Assembly (NCBI RefSeq): GCF_004010195.1 | Contig: NC_057755.1 | Location: forward strand, 12,208,966-12,272,965 | Direction: 5' to 3' | DNA from: Chiloscyllium plagiosum | Taxonomy: Eukaryota | Length of the DNA stretch: 64,000 nucleotides | Shown: positions 12,801 to 25,470 of the stretch, in pieces | How the letters are laid out: the number at the start of each line of letters is the position of its first letter | How positions within the stretch are numbered: position 1 is the stretch's first letter | The notes under the pieces: generated by a model | Database searches by the model: none | What the model saw: only the letters and a program-made list of their open reading frames with translations | What the model was told of the DNA's origin: nothing | Translations under genes and position numbers: made by a program

Positions 12801-15800
12801 TGTAGTTGGCTGGATTTCCAATCACAAAGAGTTTTTGACTGTCTCAAAAACACAATTTTTGAGACTGGAGAAACTCAATTTTGGGACAGGGACATCATTA
12901 GCTATTCCAGAAACAGCTGATGGAGGGACAGGACCGGCAGCACAATGTTTCAGGATATAACTGCTATAGGTTGGACAGAAAGGGAGAAGAGGAAAGGAAG
13001 TAGCATTTTTGATTAGGGAAAGCATCACAGCTGTACTTTAAAGGATATTTCTGGGGGATTGTCCAGTAAATGAGTGGAACTGAGAAATAAGTGAATGATC
13101 ACTTTGAGATTGTATTGTAGAACCCCCCCCCCCCCCCCATAGCAGGAAATTGAGGAGCAAATATGTAGGGAGATCTCTGATATCTGTTTGCAATGGTAGG
13201 GAATCTTAACTTTCTAAATATAGAATAGGATTGCCATTGTGTTAAGGGTTTGGATGGGGAGAAATTTAAGTGTGGTCAAGAAAACTTTCTTTTTCAATAT
13301 GTAGATATAGAGAAAAAGCAAAACTTGATCTTTTCTTGGGAAATAAGGCAGGGCAAGTGACTGAGGTGTTAGTGGGGGAGTACTTTGGGACCAATTCATA
13401 TAATTCTGTTATTATAAAATAGTTACAGATAAGGATAGGCCTTGTCTAAAGTTTAAAGTTCTAAATTGGAGCAAGGCCAATTTTGGCAGTATTGGATAGG
13501 AACTTTCAAAAATTGATTGAGGGAGGCTGTTTGCAGATAATGGAATAATTGGCAAGTGGGAGGCTTTCTAAACTGAGATAACGGGAGTTTGGAGACAGTA
13601 TGTGCCTGTTAGTGTGAAGGGCATGGCTGGTAGGATTAAGGAACACAGGATGGCTAGAGACATTGAGGTTCTGGTCAAGAAAAAGAAGCCTGTGTCAGAT
13701 ATCGACAGCTGGAATCCTATACCCCTTGAGGTATAGGAGTACACTTAAGAGGAAAACCAGGAGAATAAAAAAGGAGAGGGAATCTTTTTGGATTTTCCTT
13801 TATCCTATCAGTATATAACAGGCAAAAGTGTAATTAGGGACAGAATAAATCAATGAAGCCGACTATGTGTGCAACACAAGAAATGGGTGTCATCCTAAAT
13901 TAGTATTTCTTGTCAGTATTTACTGTGGAGAAATACATGGAGGCTAGGGAACTTGGAGAAATTTGAGAAGATTTGTAGCTCTGGTTGAGGTTTTGGATGT
14001 AGATTTACTCACTGAGCTGGAAGGTTTGTTTTCAGATGTTTTGTCACCATACCAGGTAACCGCTTCAGTGAGTTCCATAGTGTTGATGATGTCATTTCCT
14101 GTGGTGAACTCACTTCCATTCTTTTTCTCAGGGGGTGGTAAATGGGATCCAAGTCAATGTGTTTGTTGATAGAGTTCTGGTTGGAATGCTATGCTTCTAG
14201 GAATTCTTGTGCATGTCTCTGTTTGGCTTGTCTTGTCTTAGGATGGATGTGTTGTCCCAAAGTGGTGTCCTTCCTCATCTGTATGTAAGGATACTAGTGA
14301 GAGTGGGTCATGTCATTTTGTGGCTAGTTGATGTTCATGTATCCTGGTGGCTAGTTTTCTGTCTGTTTGTCCAGGCAGTCAGACAAGCAGTTGCACCAAT
14401 ATTGAGCAGGAAAAAGGAAACAGACTCAATACAGAAAGAAGAAAAGCACTAAAAAGATGAATAAAAGATAAAAACATTGTTATCCTACCTGCAGACAAAG
14501 GACGCTTGACAGTTATCTTAAATCAAAGTGACTACTTGCAGATGCCAATACTTACCAAGTGACGATAGACCCGACCCCACAACTAGAGAACCGAATCACA
14601 ACCCTACTCAAAACAATTTCAGAAATCTGGAGAAATAAATAAGACCGATTTTCCAAAATCTGAAACCAGACGGATCCAACCCACCAAGCTTCTGCCGATT
14701 ATCCAAAATTCACAAACCAGAAGGCCCCCTCAGACCCATAGCCTCGCTACCTGGGACACCAACTTACAGACTGGCCAAGGAACTACACCAAAGATTAAAA
14801 CACTTAGTAGAAGACTCAGCCACTCCATCCACGCCACCCAAGAATTCCTGAAGACCATCAAAGACACCAAGATAGAAGAGGATGAAATAATGGTCTCCTT
14901 TGATATAACAGTACTGTTCACATCCATCAACATCAACCTGACCAAGGAAACACTGACTACATTACCAGAAGAACCAGAACACATACACCAAACGCCACCA
15001 GCTTCATCAACAAGGACAGTATCGTCAAGCTAGTGGACTTGTGCTTTACCACCCACTTCACCTTCAACAACAAAATCTACAGACAAATCAACGGATAACA
15101 CATATGGGATCTCCAATATCAGGGTTCTTGGCAGAGGCAGTAATGCCGAGACTCGAACAAACAGCTCTACTGACCATCCAACCCAAACTGCCACGTGGAT
15201 GACACTTTTGTCATCACTAAACAAAACAAATTAGAGGAAACCTTCAAGACCATTAATAATACCCTTAACTGGCGTAAAATTCACTAAAGAGGAGAACAAC
15301 AACAAACTGCCAATCCTAGATGTTGCAGTAGAGCGAACAACCAATGCTTCAAATCAGCATCAACAGGAAAACAAAAGATATGGACCAAATACTGAACTAC
15401 AGCAGCAATCATCTCGACATCCATAAACAAAGTTGCATTAGAACATTATTTCAACAAGCCACCACACACACTGCAGCAGAGGAACGACACAACAGAGGAA
15501 AATTACCTATACAGTGCATTCAAAAAGAACGGGTACACAGTGATTTCTCAGCAACAATCCCAAACAAACGCCCAGAAACCCTAGCTACACTCACCTACAT
15601 GAAAGACATCTCAGAAATGACTGCCAGACTACTTGGACCCCTTGGCATCATGGTAGCCCATAAACCCATCAACACAAAAATAGCAGCTAATGAACTTGAA
15701 AGACCCTATACAGACAACAAGCAACCAGTAATGTCATTTACAAAATACCTTGCAAGAACTGTAACAAACACTACATTGGACAAACAGGCAGAAAACTAGC

Positions 15801-16059
15801 CAGCAGTGTGGAGGAACAGCGGGATCTTGGTGTGCAGGTACATAGATCCCTTAAAATTGTCACCCAGGTGGACAGAGTTGTTAAGAAAGCATATGGTGTT
15901 TTGGCTTTTATTAACAGGAGGATTGAGTTTAAGAGCTCTATAAAACTTTGGTTAGACTGCACTTGGAATAGGGAGAGAGAACAGTTAAATGCGTGGCTAA
16001 GGGATGGTGCAGGAGGGAGGGATTCGAGGGCTGAAGGGCCTGTTCTGTGTTTTAAATCT

Positions 16060-17705
16060 AGTATTGCCTGTCCCCTCATGAGCTCCACCACAAGCTGCTT
16101 CAAAAAGCCATCTCATACACATTCCACAAATTCCTTTTCTTACAATCCCTACCAACCTGATGTCCTCAATCCACCTGCATATTGAAATCCCCCATGATTA
16201 CTGTAACTTTGCCTTTCTTATGCTCCTTTTCTATCTCCTAGCGTCTCTTGCGCCCAGTTCCTGACTACTGTTTGGAGGCCTGTGCATAACTCCTACTGTA
16301 GATTTCTTTTACCATTTCGGTTCCTCAATTCTTCCCACACAAATTCTACATCATCTGACCCTACTTTATTGCTTACTATTGATTTAATTCAATTTCTTAC
16401 TAATAAGATCACCCCAACCCCTCAGCCCACCTGTCTATCTTTTTGATAAAATGTTAACCCTTGGATATTCAGCTCTCAATTCTGATCGCCTTGCAGCCAC
16501 ATCTCTATGATGCCCACCATGTCAATCCTGCCAATTTCGATCTGTGCCACAAGCTCATTTACTTTATTCCTTATACTGTGTACATTCAGATATAATACCA
16601 TCAGACCTGTATTAACAGGCCCTCTTCTCATTGTCATTTGTTTGTCCAGTGTGCTTGAAGTTTGATTGTGAACCCCTTCCAAACACCCTGTCCTATTTGT
16701 GTCAATGCTAGAGACTTTAATAACCTCTCCTAAGTTCTCTTTCCCTGTCATTTCTTTCATATTTTACCATGCATTTGAATCCAGCCCTACAGATGTTAAC
16801 CTGCTGCTTTGTTTCCCACTGGGGGATGTTTTACCCCTTTCCTCCCCCGCACTTCCTAGTTTAAAGTCCTCTTGACCAGCCCATTTATTTTTCTCGCTGG
16901 AACATTGGTCTCAGCTCGGTTCAGGTGGAGACCGCCCCAGCAGTACAGATCCCTCTTGTTCGAATTCTGATGTCAGTGCCCCATGAAAAGGAACCCCTGT
17001 TTCCCACATCACTCTTCTGGCCATGTGTTTACTTCCCTTATTCTCGTGTCCCTATGCCAATTTGCACATGGTTTAGGCAGCAATCCGGAGATTATAACCC
17101 TTCAGGACCTGTTCATTAATTTTGTTCCTAGCTCCTGATAATCCCTGAACAAGTCCTCTTTCCTAGTTTTGCCGATATTGTTTGTTCTGGCATGGACTAC
17201 AACAACTGGATCCTCCCCCTCCCTCTCCAATCTTTTTTCAAGCTGGTCAGAGACATTCCTTACCCTGGCAGCGGGCAAGCGACACACCATGCAGGACTCT
17301 CGATCCTGCTTACAAAGGATACTATCTATCCCCCTAATTATAGAATCCCTTACAACTACCACTTGTCTTTTTGCTCCTGCTTCTTAAATGGCCTCCCGTC
17401 CCATGGTGCAGTGGTCAATTGATTCATTCTCCCTGCAGCCCTTTTCCTCATTCACACAGGGAGCAAATACCTCGTACCTGTTGGACAAGGTCAAGAGCTG
17501 AGGCTCCTCTGTTCCTGAATGCAGAATCCCTCGACCTGCCTCACTTGCAGTGACACCCTACTTACCAAATTTGAAATAATTAATCTACCAGATGCGACTG
17601 TATCCTGAAACAAAGCTTCCAGGGAACTCTCCTCCTCCCAGATGTGCCACAGTGTTTGAAGCCCATCTCATCAATTCAGAGCCGGACTTCTTCCAGCAAG
17701 CAACA
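16060..17705 (-). mobile_element. CR1 5' region: ORF1 (SGNH-esterase-like) and start of ORF2 endonuclease
   Basis: ORF 17102..17362 VVVRDSIIRG...VVVVHARTNNIG; ORF 16476..16760 YLNVHSIRNK...GIIEMWL. Confidence 0.82.
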
Positions 17706-17825
17706 CTAAGAGACATTATGACCACAACCTTTAATTATTCAGTGTGTTACCATCATTGAATCCGCCACTCTCAATATCCTGGAGGTTACCATTGACCAGC
17801 AACTCATCTGGACGCACCACCTGGG

Positions 17826-18172
17826 GTGGCACGGTAGCTCAGTGCTTAGCACTGCTGCCTCACAGCACAGGGGGCTTGGGTTCATTTCCAGCTTTGGGCA
17901 AATGTCTATGTGGAGTTTGTACATTCTCCCATGTCTGCAAGGGTTTCCTCCAGGTGCTGTGGTTTCCTTTCTCTGTCCAAAGATGTGCAGGTTAGATGGA
18001 TTAGCCATTAGCCATGCTAAATTGTCCATTGTCTGGGGATGTGTAGGTTTGGCGATTAGCCGTGGGGGTTGCAGGGACAAGGTAGGGAGATGTTTTTTGG
18101 TGGGATGCTCTTCGGGGGATGGTGTTGGACATGTTGGGCTAAAGGGCCTCTTTCCAAATAGTAGGGATTCTA
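17826..18172 (+). mobile_element. HE1/V-SINE inserted in an old LINE 3' fragment (17706-18765)
   Basis: GGCACGGTAGCTCAGTG head and V core; flanks resemble the LINE family also seen at 1210-1760, 34520-35010 and 37430-38490. Confidence 0.75.
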
Positions 18173-20633
18173 TATAAACACAGTGACTGCACGAGTAGCT
18201 CAGAGGCTCGGAATACTGCATTGAATAAATCAACTCTTGACTCCCTAAACCCTGTCCATGATCTACATGGCACAGGTGTGATGGAGTACTCCCCACTTTA
18301 CTGTAAAAGTACAGCTCCAGTAGCACTCAAAAAGCTTCACATCATCCAGGACAAAGCAGCACACTTGATTGGCACTGCACCCACTTTGTTCACCATCGAC
18401 ATTTAGTAGTGATAGTGTGTATATCTACAAAATACACTGCAGAAATTCATGAAAGATCCTTAGCCCCTTCCAAATCCAGAGCCACTTCCATCTAGAAGGA
18501 CCAGGACAGCAGATACATCAGAACACCACCACCTGCAAGTGTCTCCAAGCCAGTCACCATCCTGATTTAGAAATGTGTCATTCTTCTTTACTGTCACTGG
18601 GTCAAAATCCTGGAATTCCCTCCCTAATAGCATTGTGGGTCTCCTTACTGTCCATGGGCTGCAATGGCTCAGAAAGGCAGCTGACTCCCACCTTCTCACA
18701 GGGCAACAATGGACAGGCAATAAATGCCAGCTAGCCAGCAACACCCATGTTCCATGAGTGAATCAATCTAAAAACGTTCTAGTTATTCAAAACTTGAGGT
18801 AATTTTCCTTCACTACCAGATCTGCATGTTTCATTTAACTGTTCCAGTCTCATAAGCTGCGATGCTTTTTTTCCCACGAGCACTCACGCTACCAAGATTT
18901 TCTCAGTCTTCCATTAAAAGTTTTTGCAGATTTACAATGAAATATCTCTCGTCTGGATGTTTTCATAAACAACAACCTTTACATTGAGGAAACCTATTCC
19001 CTTAACCGTCTTCAACAATCTCTGTTTCTAGGAGAATGTATTAAGACTATAAGAAATAGAGCCAGGAGCATACCTTCCAGCCACTCGAGCCTGCTGGTCC
19101 AACATTCCTTGATACGTGGCTGATCCAACAGTCCTCATTCCACTTCCTTGCCCCTTTCCCTGTAGCGCTTGATTCTCCAACTGATCAAGAATCTATCTCA
19201 GTTTAAACATACACAAGAACTCTGTCTCTACAGCAGTCAGCTATTACGAGGGGGCATAGCTTTAAATTAAGGGGTGGTAGGTATAGGACAGATGTTAGGG
19301 GTAGATTCTTTACTCAGCGAGTCGTGAGTTCATGGAATGCCCTGCCAGTAGCAGTGGTGGACTCTCCCTTTTTATGGGAATTTAAGCGGGCATTGGATAG
19401 GCATATGGAGGATAGTGGGCTTGGATCGGTGCAACATCGAGGGCCAAAGGGCCTGTACTGCGCTGTATTTTTCTATGTTCTGGTCGCCCTATTATAGGAA
19501 AGATGTGGATGCTTTGGAGAGGGTTCAGAGGAGATTTACTAGGATGCTGCCTGGAATGGAGGGCTTATCTTACGAAGAGAGGTTGACTAAGCTCAGACAT
19601 TTTTCATTTGGGAAAAAGGAGGAAGAGAGGGGACCAAATTGAGGTGTACAAGATAATGTGAGGTATAGATAGAGTTGATAGCCAGAAACTTTTTCCCAGG
19701 GCAGAAATTGTTAACACGAGGGGTCATAGTTTTAAGCTGTTTGGCGGAACGTATAGAGAGGATGTCAGAGGCGGGTTCTTTACGCAGAGTTGTGAGAGCA
19801 TGGAATGCGTTGCCAGCAGCAGTTGTTGGAAGCGAGGTCATTGGGGATATTTAAGAGACCGCTGGACATGCATATGGTCACAGAAATTTGAGAGTTCGTA
19901 CATTAGGTTTACCTCACATGAGGATCAATGGTCGGCACAACATCGTGGGCTGATGGTCCTGTTCTGTGCTGTACTGTTCTATGTTCTATGATACATGAAC
20001 ACCAACTAGTCACAAACTGACATGATACACTCTCTCTGGTATCCTTACATACAGATGAGGAAGGACACTACTTCAACTGGGACAACCCATCCAACCTAGG
20101 ACAAGCCAAACAGAGAGACACGAGAATTCCTAGAAGCATGGCATTCCAACCAGAACTCTATCAACAAACACATTGACTTGGATCCCATTTACCACCCCCT
20201 GAGAAAAAGAACATGAAATTACATCACCAACCTTAGGAAACTCAAACATATAAATAGAAAGTTGGCTACACCACCAGTGCTTCATTCAGAGGTTCACTGA
20301 AGATGTTAACTAGCATGGTGATGAAACGTCTATAAACTAACCTTCCAGCTCAGTGAGCAAACCTACAGCCACAACTTTGAGAAATAAATAGCGAAGTCTT
20401 GAAAAGAGTGTACATTACAGAAGAGGAGGTACTGGAGGTCTTAAAGTACATAACCGTAGAAAGTCCTTGGAACCTGTTCAAGTGTATCCCAGAACACTCT
20501 AGGAAGCTAGGGGAGAAACTTTTGGCCCCCTCGCAGAGATATTTATATCATTGACAGCCACAGGTTAGGTGCCCAAAGACTGGAGGGTGGCTCATGTCAT
20601 TGTTGAATAAACGCTTCAAGGAAAATCCAGGGA

Positions 20634-21225
20634 GTGTTCAAAGTTTGTGCGAAGATTTGTAGCTCGGGTGCTCGTTGTTGTGGTTCTGTTCACCGAGCTG
20701 CAAGTTTTTGTTGCAAACGTTTCGTCCCCTGGCTAGGCAACATCATCAGTGCTTGGGAGCCTCCTGCGAAGCGCTTCTTTGATGTTTCCTCCGGTGTTTA
20801 TAGTGGTCTGTCCCTGCCGCTTCCGGTTGTCAGTTTCAGCTGTCCGCTGTAGTGGTTGGTATATTGGGTCCAGGTCGATGTGTTTGTTGATGGAGTTTGT
20901 GGATGAATGCCATGCCTCTAGGAATTCCCTGGCTGTTCTCTGTCTGGCTTGCCCTATGATAGTAGTGTTGTCCCAGTTGAATTCATGTTGCTTGTTGTCT
21001 GCGTGTGTGGGTACTCAGGATAGCTGGTCGTGTCGTTTCGTGGCTAGTTGATGTTCATGTATGCGGATTGTTAGCTGTCTTCCTGTTTGTCCTATATAGT
21101 GTTTTGTGCAGTCCTTGCAAGGTATTTTGTACACTACATTCGTTTTGCTCATGTTGGGTATCGGGTCCTTCGTTCTGGTGAGTTGTTGTCTGCTAACAAT
21201 TCGCATACGTGAACAGAACCACAAC
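20634..21225 (-). mobile_element. Penelope-like element 3' fragment, family D (GIY-YIG + terminal repeat)
   Basis: ORF 21015..21227 NVVYKIPCKDCTKHYIGQTGRQLTIRIHEH; TSD AAAATCCAGGGA (20622-20633 / 21226-21237). Confidence 0.9.
20713..20752 (-). ncRNA. Minimal hammerhead ribozyme motif, PLE family D
   Basis: Reverse complement reads GCA-CTGATGA-T-GTTGCCT-AGCC-AGGGGAC-GAAAC-GTT-TGC. Confidence 0.6.
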
Positions 21226-23250
21226 AAAATCCAGGGAACTATAGACCGATGAGTCTGACATCAGTGGGTGGCTATTTGTTTGAGATGATTCTGAGAGACA
21301 GGATTTACATGCATTTGGAAAGGCAAGGACTTATATAGGATAGTCAGCATGGCTTTGTGCGTGGGTGATTATGTCTCACTAGCTTGATTTTATTTATGAA
21401 GACATCACCAAGATGATAAATGAAAGCAGAGCAGATGTCTACGTGGACTTTAGCAAGCCCTTCAACAACGTTCCACAAATTAATTGGTTAGTAAAGTTAA
21501 ATCACATGAGATCCAGAGAAGGTAATTGAAGAGTACGATGGGATCTTGATCAGCTGGGCCACTGGGCCAAGGAGTGGCAGAGAGAGAGTTTAATTTAGAT
21601 TAATATGAGGTGTTGTCTTTTTGGTAAGACAAACCAGGGCAGGGCCTACACAGCTAATAGAGACCTGGTAAGTGTTGTCGAACAGAGAGACTTGGGCGTC
21701 GTGGTACATAGTTCCTTGAAAGTGGCATCACTGGTAGACAGGGTGGTGCAGAAGGTGTTTGGCTCGCTTGCCTTCATTGGTTAGAGCATTGAGTACAGGA
21801 GTTAGGACTTCATGTTACAGCTGGTAAGGCTGTATTTGGAGTACTGTATCCAGTTCTGATTATCCTGCTATATGAAGGATGTTATTGAACTGGAAAGGGT
21901 GCATAAACGATTTAAGAGTGCTACAGAGACTGGAGAGTTGAGTTATAATGGCTGGGACTTTTTTTAACCCTGGAACATAGGTCACATAATCATGAGAGGC
22001 ATAGATAAGGTGAATAGCCAAGGTATTTTCCCCAGGGTAGAGGAGTCCAAAACTAGAGGGCATAGGTTTAGTTAAGAGGGGAAAGATTTGAGACCTGAAG
22101 GACAATATTTCAGTGCAGAGGTTGGTGCGTGTATGCAACAAATTGCCAGAAAAAGTTAGAGGTGAGAACGATTACAACACTTAAAATACATTTGGAAGGC
22201 ACATCAATTGGAAAGATTTGGAGGCAAATGGAACTAGTTCAGTTTGGGAAACCTGGTTGGCAAGTTTCCATGTTGTATGACTCTAACTGTTAAGACTCTA
22301 TTTGGCAGCATCTGTGGAGAGAAAGCAGAGTTAACATTTTGTATCCAGTGACCTTTCTTAAGAACTGCCTTTTGACTTTCACACTCTGCTTCCTGCTGCT
22401 AAGCAAGTTTTGGGTCCATTTTGTCAATTGTCCTCAATCCCATAGGCTATGAGCTGCCATGTAAAACGTTATTAAAAACCTTGTTACTGGCTGCATGTAG
22501 ACTATACCAACTGCACTATCCTCATCTACATAGTTCAGTCACCTATCAAATTTATTCAACACTATCTCATCCCTTCCAAAGTCACGCTGACTGTCCCAGA
22601 TTAAGCCTTGTTTCTCCAAATGGAGTTTAATTTTGTCCCTCAGATATTTTTCTAATAATTTCCCTACCTCTGATGTTAGATTCATTGGCCTGAGGTTTCA
22701 TGATTCATTTCTAACAGGTTCTTAATAATGGTACCATGGAACTCTTCAGTCCTCTGGCACCTCTCCTGTGCCCAGAATTTAAAAACTAATGTTAGAGCCC
22801 CTGCAATCTCTTCTCTCTCTCTTCTCTTCCCAGCCTTCCACAGCAGCCTGGGATAGGTCTCATCAGGGCCTAGGGATTTATTATGTATTCTGGATGCACA
22901 CACAGGTTGCTGCCTTGGTTCCTGATAAGCTGTACTCTTTCCCGCATCCGCCGTACCTCTTGCAAAAATGCCATCCCGTATTCCCAATTCCTCCGCCTCC
23001 GCCGTATCTGCTCCCAGGAGGACCAGTTCCACCACAGAACACACCAGATGGCCTCCTCCTTCTTTAGAGACCGCAATTTCCCTTCCCACGTGGTTAAAGG
23101 TGCCCTCCAACGCATCTCATCCACATCCCGCACCTCCGCCCTCAGACCCAACCCCCCCAACCGCAACAAGGACAGAACGCCCCTGGTGCCCACCTTCCAC
23201 CCTACCAACCTCCGCATAAACCAAATCATCCGCCGACATTCCCCCCACCC

Positions 23251-23568
23251 CCAAACAGACCCCACCACCAGGGATATATTTCCCTCCCCACCCCTCTCCG
23301 CCTCCAAACAGACCCCACCACCAGGGATATATTTCCCTCCCCACCCCTCTCCGCCTCCAAACAGACCCCACCACCAGGGATATATTTCCCTCCCCACCCC
23401 TCTCCGCCTCCAAACAGACCCCACCACCAGGGATATATTTCCCTCCCCACCCCTCTCCGCCTCCAAACAGACCCCACCACCAGGGATATATTTCCCTCCC
23501 CACCCCTCTCCGCCTCCAAACAGACCCCACCACCAGGGATATATTTCCCTCCCCACCCCTCTCCGCCT
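23251..23568 (+). repeat. 6 x 53 bp perfect tandem repeat CCAAACAGACCCCACCACCAGGGATATATTTCCCTCCCCACCCCTCTCCGCCT
   Basis: Unit starts at 23251, 23304, 23357, 23410, 23463, 23516. Confidence 0.95.
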
Positions 23569-23764
23569 TCCGCAAAGACCGCTCCCTCCGTGACTACCTG
23601 GTCAGGTCCACGCCCCCCTACGACCCACCCCCCCATCCTGGCACTTTCCCCTGCCACCGCAGGAACTGTAAAACCAGCGCCCACACCTCCTCCCTCACCT
23701 CCATCCAAGGACCTAAAGGAGCCTTCCACATCCATCCTCTCCACGCTTCAGGCTCTCTGCCTTT

Positions 23765-23800
23765 ATTCCTGATGAAGGGCTTTTGCCCGAAACGTCGATT
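23765..23800 (+). ncRNA. Minimal hammerhead ribozyme motif, PLE family A
   Basis: TTC-CTGATGA-A-GGGC-TTTT-GCCC-GAAAC-GTC-GAT; intact core and perfect stem II, weak stem I. Confidence 0.65.
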
Positions 23801-24795
23801 TTGCTGAAGCTCCTCGATGCTGCCTGAACTGCTGTGCTCTTCCAGCACCATTGATCCAGAATCTGGTTTCCAGCATCTGCAGTCATTGTTTTTACCTTGT
23901 ATTCTTTCCCTGGTTATTCTCTCATCCCGAATATACTTCAAAGAAAATCCAGAAGTGTGTTTTTTTAATGTTACATGCAAGTAATTTTTCATGCCTCCTC
24001 TTCATTCACCAAGTTTTTTTTTTAAAAGCTGGCCTTATCCATCCTTTACTACTCTCGGGCATGTGCTGTTTTCAGCCTTTGGTATCCATCATAAGCTTCC
24101 TTTTTTTTTCCATTGTCCAATCCTTAACAAACCTTGACATCCAAGGTTCTCTGGACTTGTTGGTCTTAGTTTTCACTTTTATGGGAAAGTGTTGTCCCTG
24201 CACACTTTTCTTTCTTTTTTGAATAACTCCCATTACTCTATAGATCTTTCTGCAATAGTTAATTCCAGTTCAGTTTGGGCAGAACCTGTCTTGTATTAAA
24301 ACCCAGCCCCACCCCTACAAAACTACAGACATATGCGTGTACTCACTCTTACCACACTGAGATGCACTCACTCTTACCGCACTTCAGAACATTTATTTCA
24401 CTTCAATCTTTGTTTATTCATTGTGGCCCATTCCTATGCTGTTCTGTTTTTATCCATAATTACCTCAAATTCTACTGAATATTAAATACTAGCATCAAAG
24501 TGCTCCTCCACTGCATCTAACACTTGCCTAGCTTTCTTCCCTAAAATTAGGTCCAGCACCACTTTAGGGTCTAGTAAAATTATTAAGCCTTTGCATTCTC
24601 AATGCTGATTTGTTCAAGTATATCACAACACCTTCCCTGACTTTTTTTATATGCACACCAGCCTTCTCTATAGTGAATACGGATGTTTTATCTATATATT
24701 AGGATATAGTATGTTTGTAGGATTTTTATGTGCTGGCTTAAAGACTGTCCTGGGCACATTTTGCCCCTCTAAGACTTTTACACTTTACACTTAGT

Positions 24796-25113
24796 GGGCG
24801 GCACGGTGGCACAGTGGTTAGCACTGCTGCCTCACAGCGCCTGAGACCCGGGTTCAATTCCCGCCTCAGGCGACTGACTGTGTGGAGTTTGCACGTTCTC
24901 CCCGTGTCTGCGTGGGTTTCCTCCGGGTGCTCCGGTTTCCTCCCACAATCCAAAGATGTGCAGGTCAGGTGAATTGGCCATGTTAAATTGCCCGTAGTGG
25001 TAGGTAAGGGGTAAATGTAGGGGTATGGGTGGGTTGCGCTTCGGCGGGTCGGTGTGGACTTGTTGGGCCGAAGGGCCTGTTTCCAAGCTGTAATGTAATC
25101 TAAAAAAAAAAAA
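24796..25113 (+). mobile_element. Young full-length HE1/V-SINE
   Basis: A box TGGCACAGTGG 24807-24817, B box GGTTCAATTCC 24851-24861, CpGs retained, TAATC + oligo-A tail. Confidence 0.92.
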
Positions 25114-25156
25114 TCCCAGTCAATATTAGACAAATTGATATACCATATTATTTACC

Positions 25157-25470
25157 AGATTAGATTCCCTAGAGTGTGGAAACAGGCCCTTCAGCCCACC
25201 AAGTCCACACCAAGTCTCCGAAGAGCAACCCACCCAGACCCATTTCCCTCTGACTAATGCAGCTAACACCATGGGCAATTTAGCATGGCCAGTTCACCTG
25301 CCCTGCACATCTTTGGACAATGGGAGGGAACCAGAGCACCTGGAGGCAATCCATGCAGACACTGGGAGCATGTGCAGACTCCACACAGACAGTCGCCTGA
25401 GGCTGGAATTGAACCTGGGACCCTGGTGCTGTGAGGCAGCGGTGCTAACCACTGAGCCATCCTGTCGCCC
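25157..25470 (-). mobile_element. HE1/V-SINE, tail-to-tail with the previous copy
   Basis: Reverse-complement SINE head, core and tail. Confidence 0.88.

Larger units (their letters stand above)
13963..20373 (+). mobile_element. Penelope-like element, family C (Poseidon-like): inverted 3' end 13963-14370, RT-GIY-YIG 14371-15803, remainder and terminal repeat 19990-20373
   Basis: ILPADKGR, MVSFDITVLFTSI, MGSPIS, IYKIPCKNCNKHYIGQTGR remnants; TSD ACTTGGAGAAAT (13951-13962) / ACTTTGAGAAAT (20374-20385). Confidence 0.85.
12830..22285 (+). mobile_element. One CR1 LINE in three pieces (12830-13962, 20374-20633, 21226-22285) interrupted by two PLE insertions
   Basis: Pieces are collinear from APE through RT to 3' end; both breakpoints carry 12 bp duplications. 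Confidence 0.75.
22944..23897 (+). mobile_element. Penelope-like element fragment, family A (Neptune-like), GIY-YIG deleted, with internal tandem array
   Basis: CKNAIPYSQFLRLRRICS; FPCHRRNC linker; TSD TGTACTCTTTCCC (22931-22943) / TGTATTCTTTCCC (23898-23910). Confidence 0.88.

Noticed and set aside
23251..23568. CRISPR-like regular array
   Set aside because: Units are contiguous and identical with no spacers; eukaryotic retroelement context
22870..23744. Several 150-236 aa Pro- or Gly-rich ORFs on both strands
   Set aside because: Artefacts of the stop-free 53 bp tandem repeat inside a PLE fragment
24796..24870. tRNA gene
   Set aside because: A and B boxes belong to the tRNA-derived SINE head and continue into the SINE body
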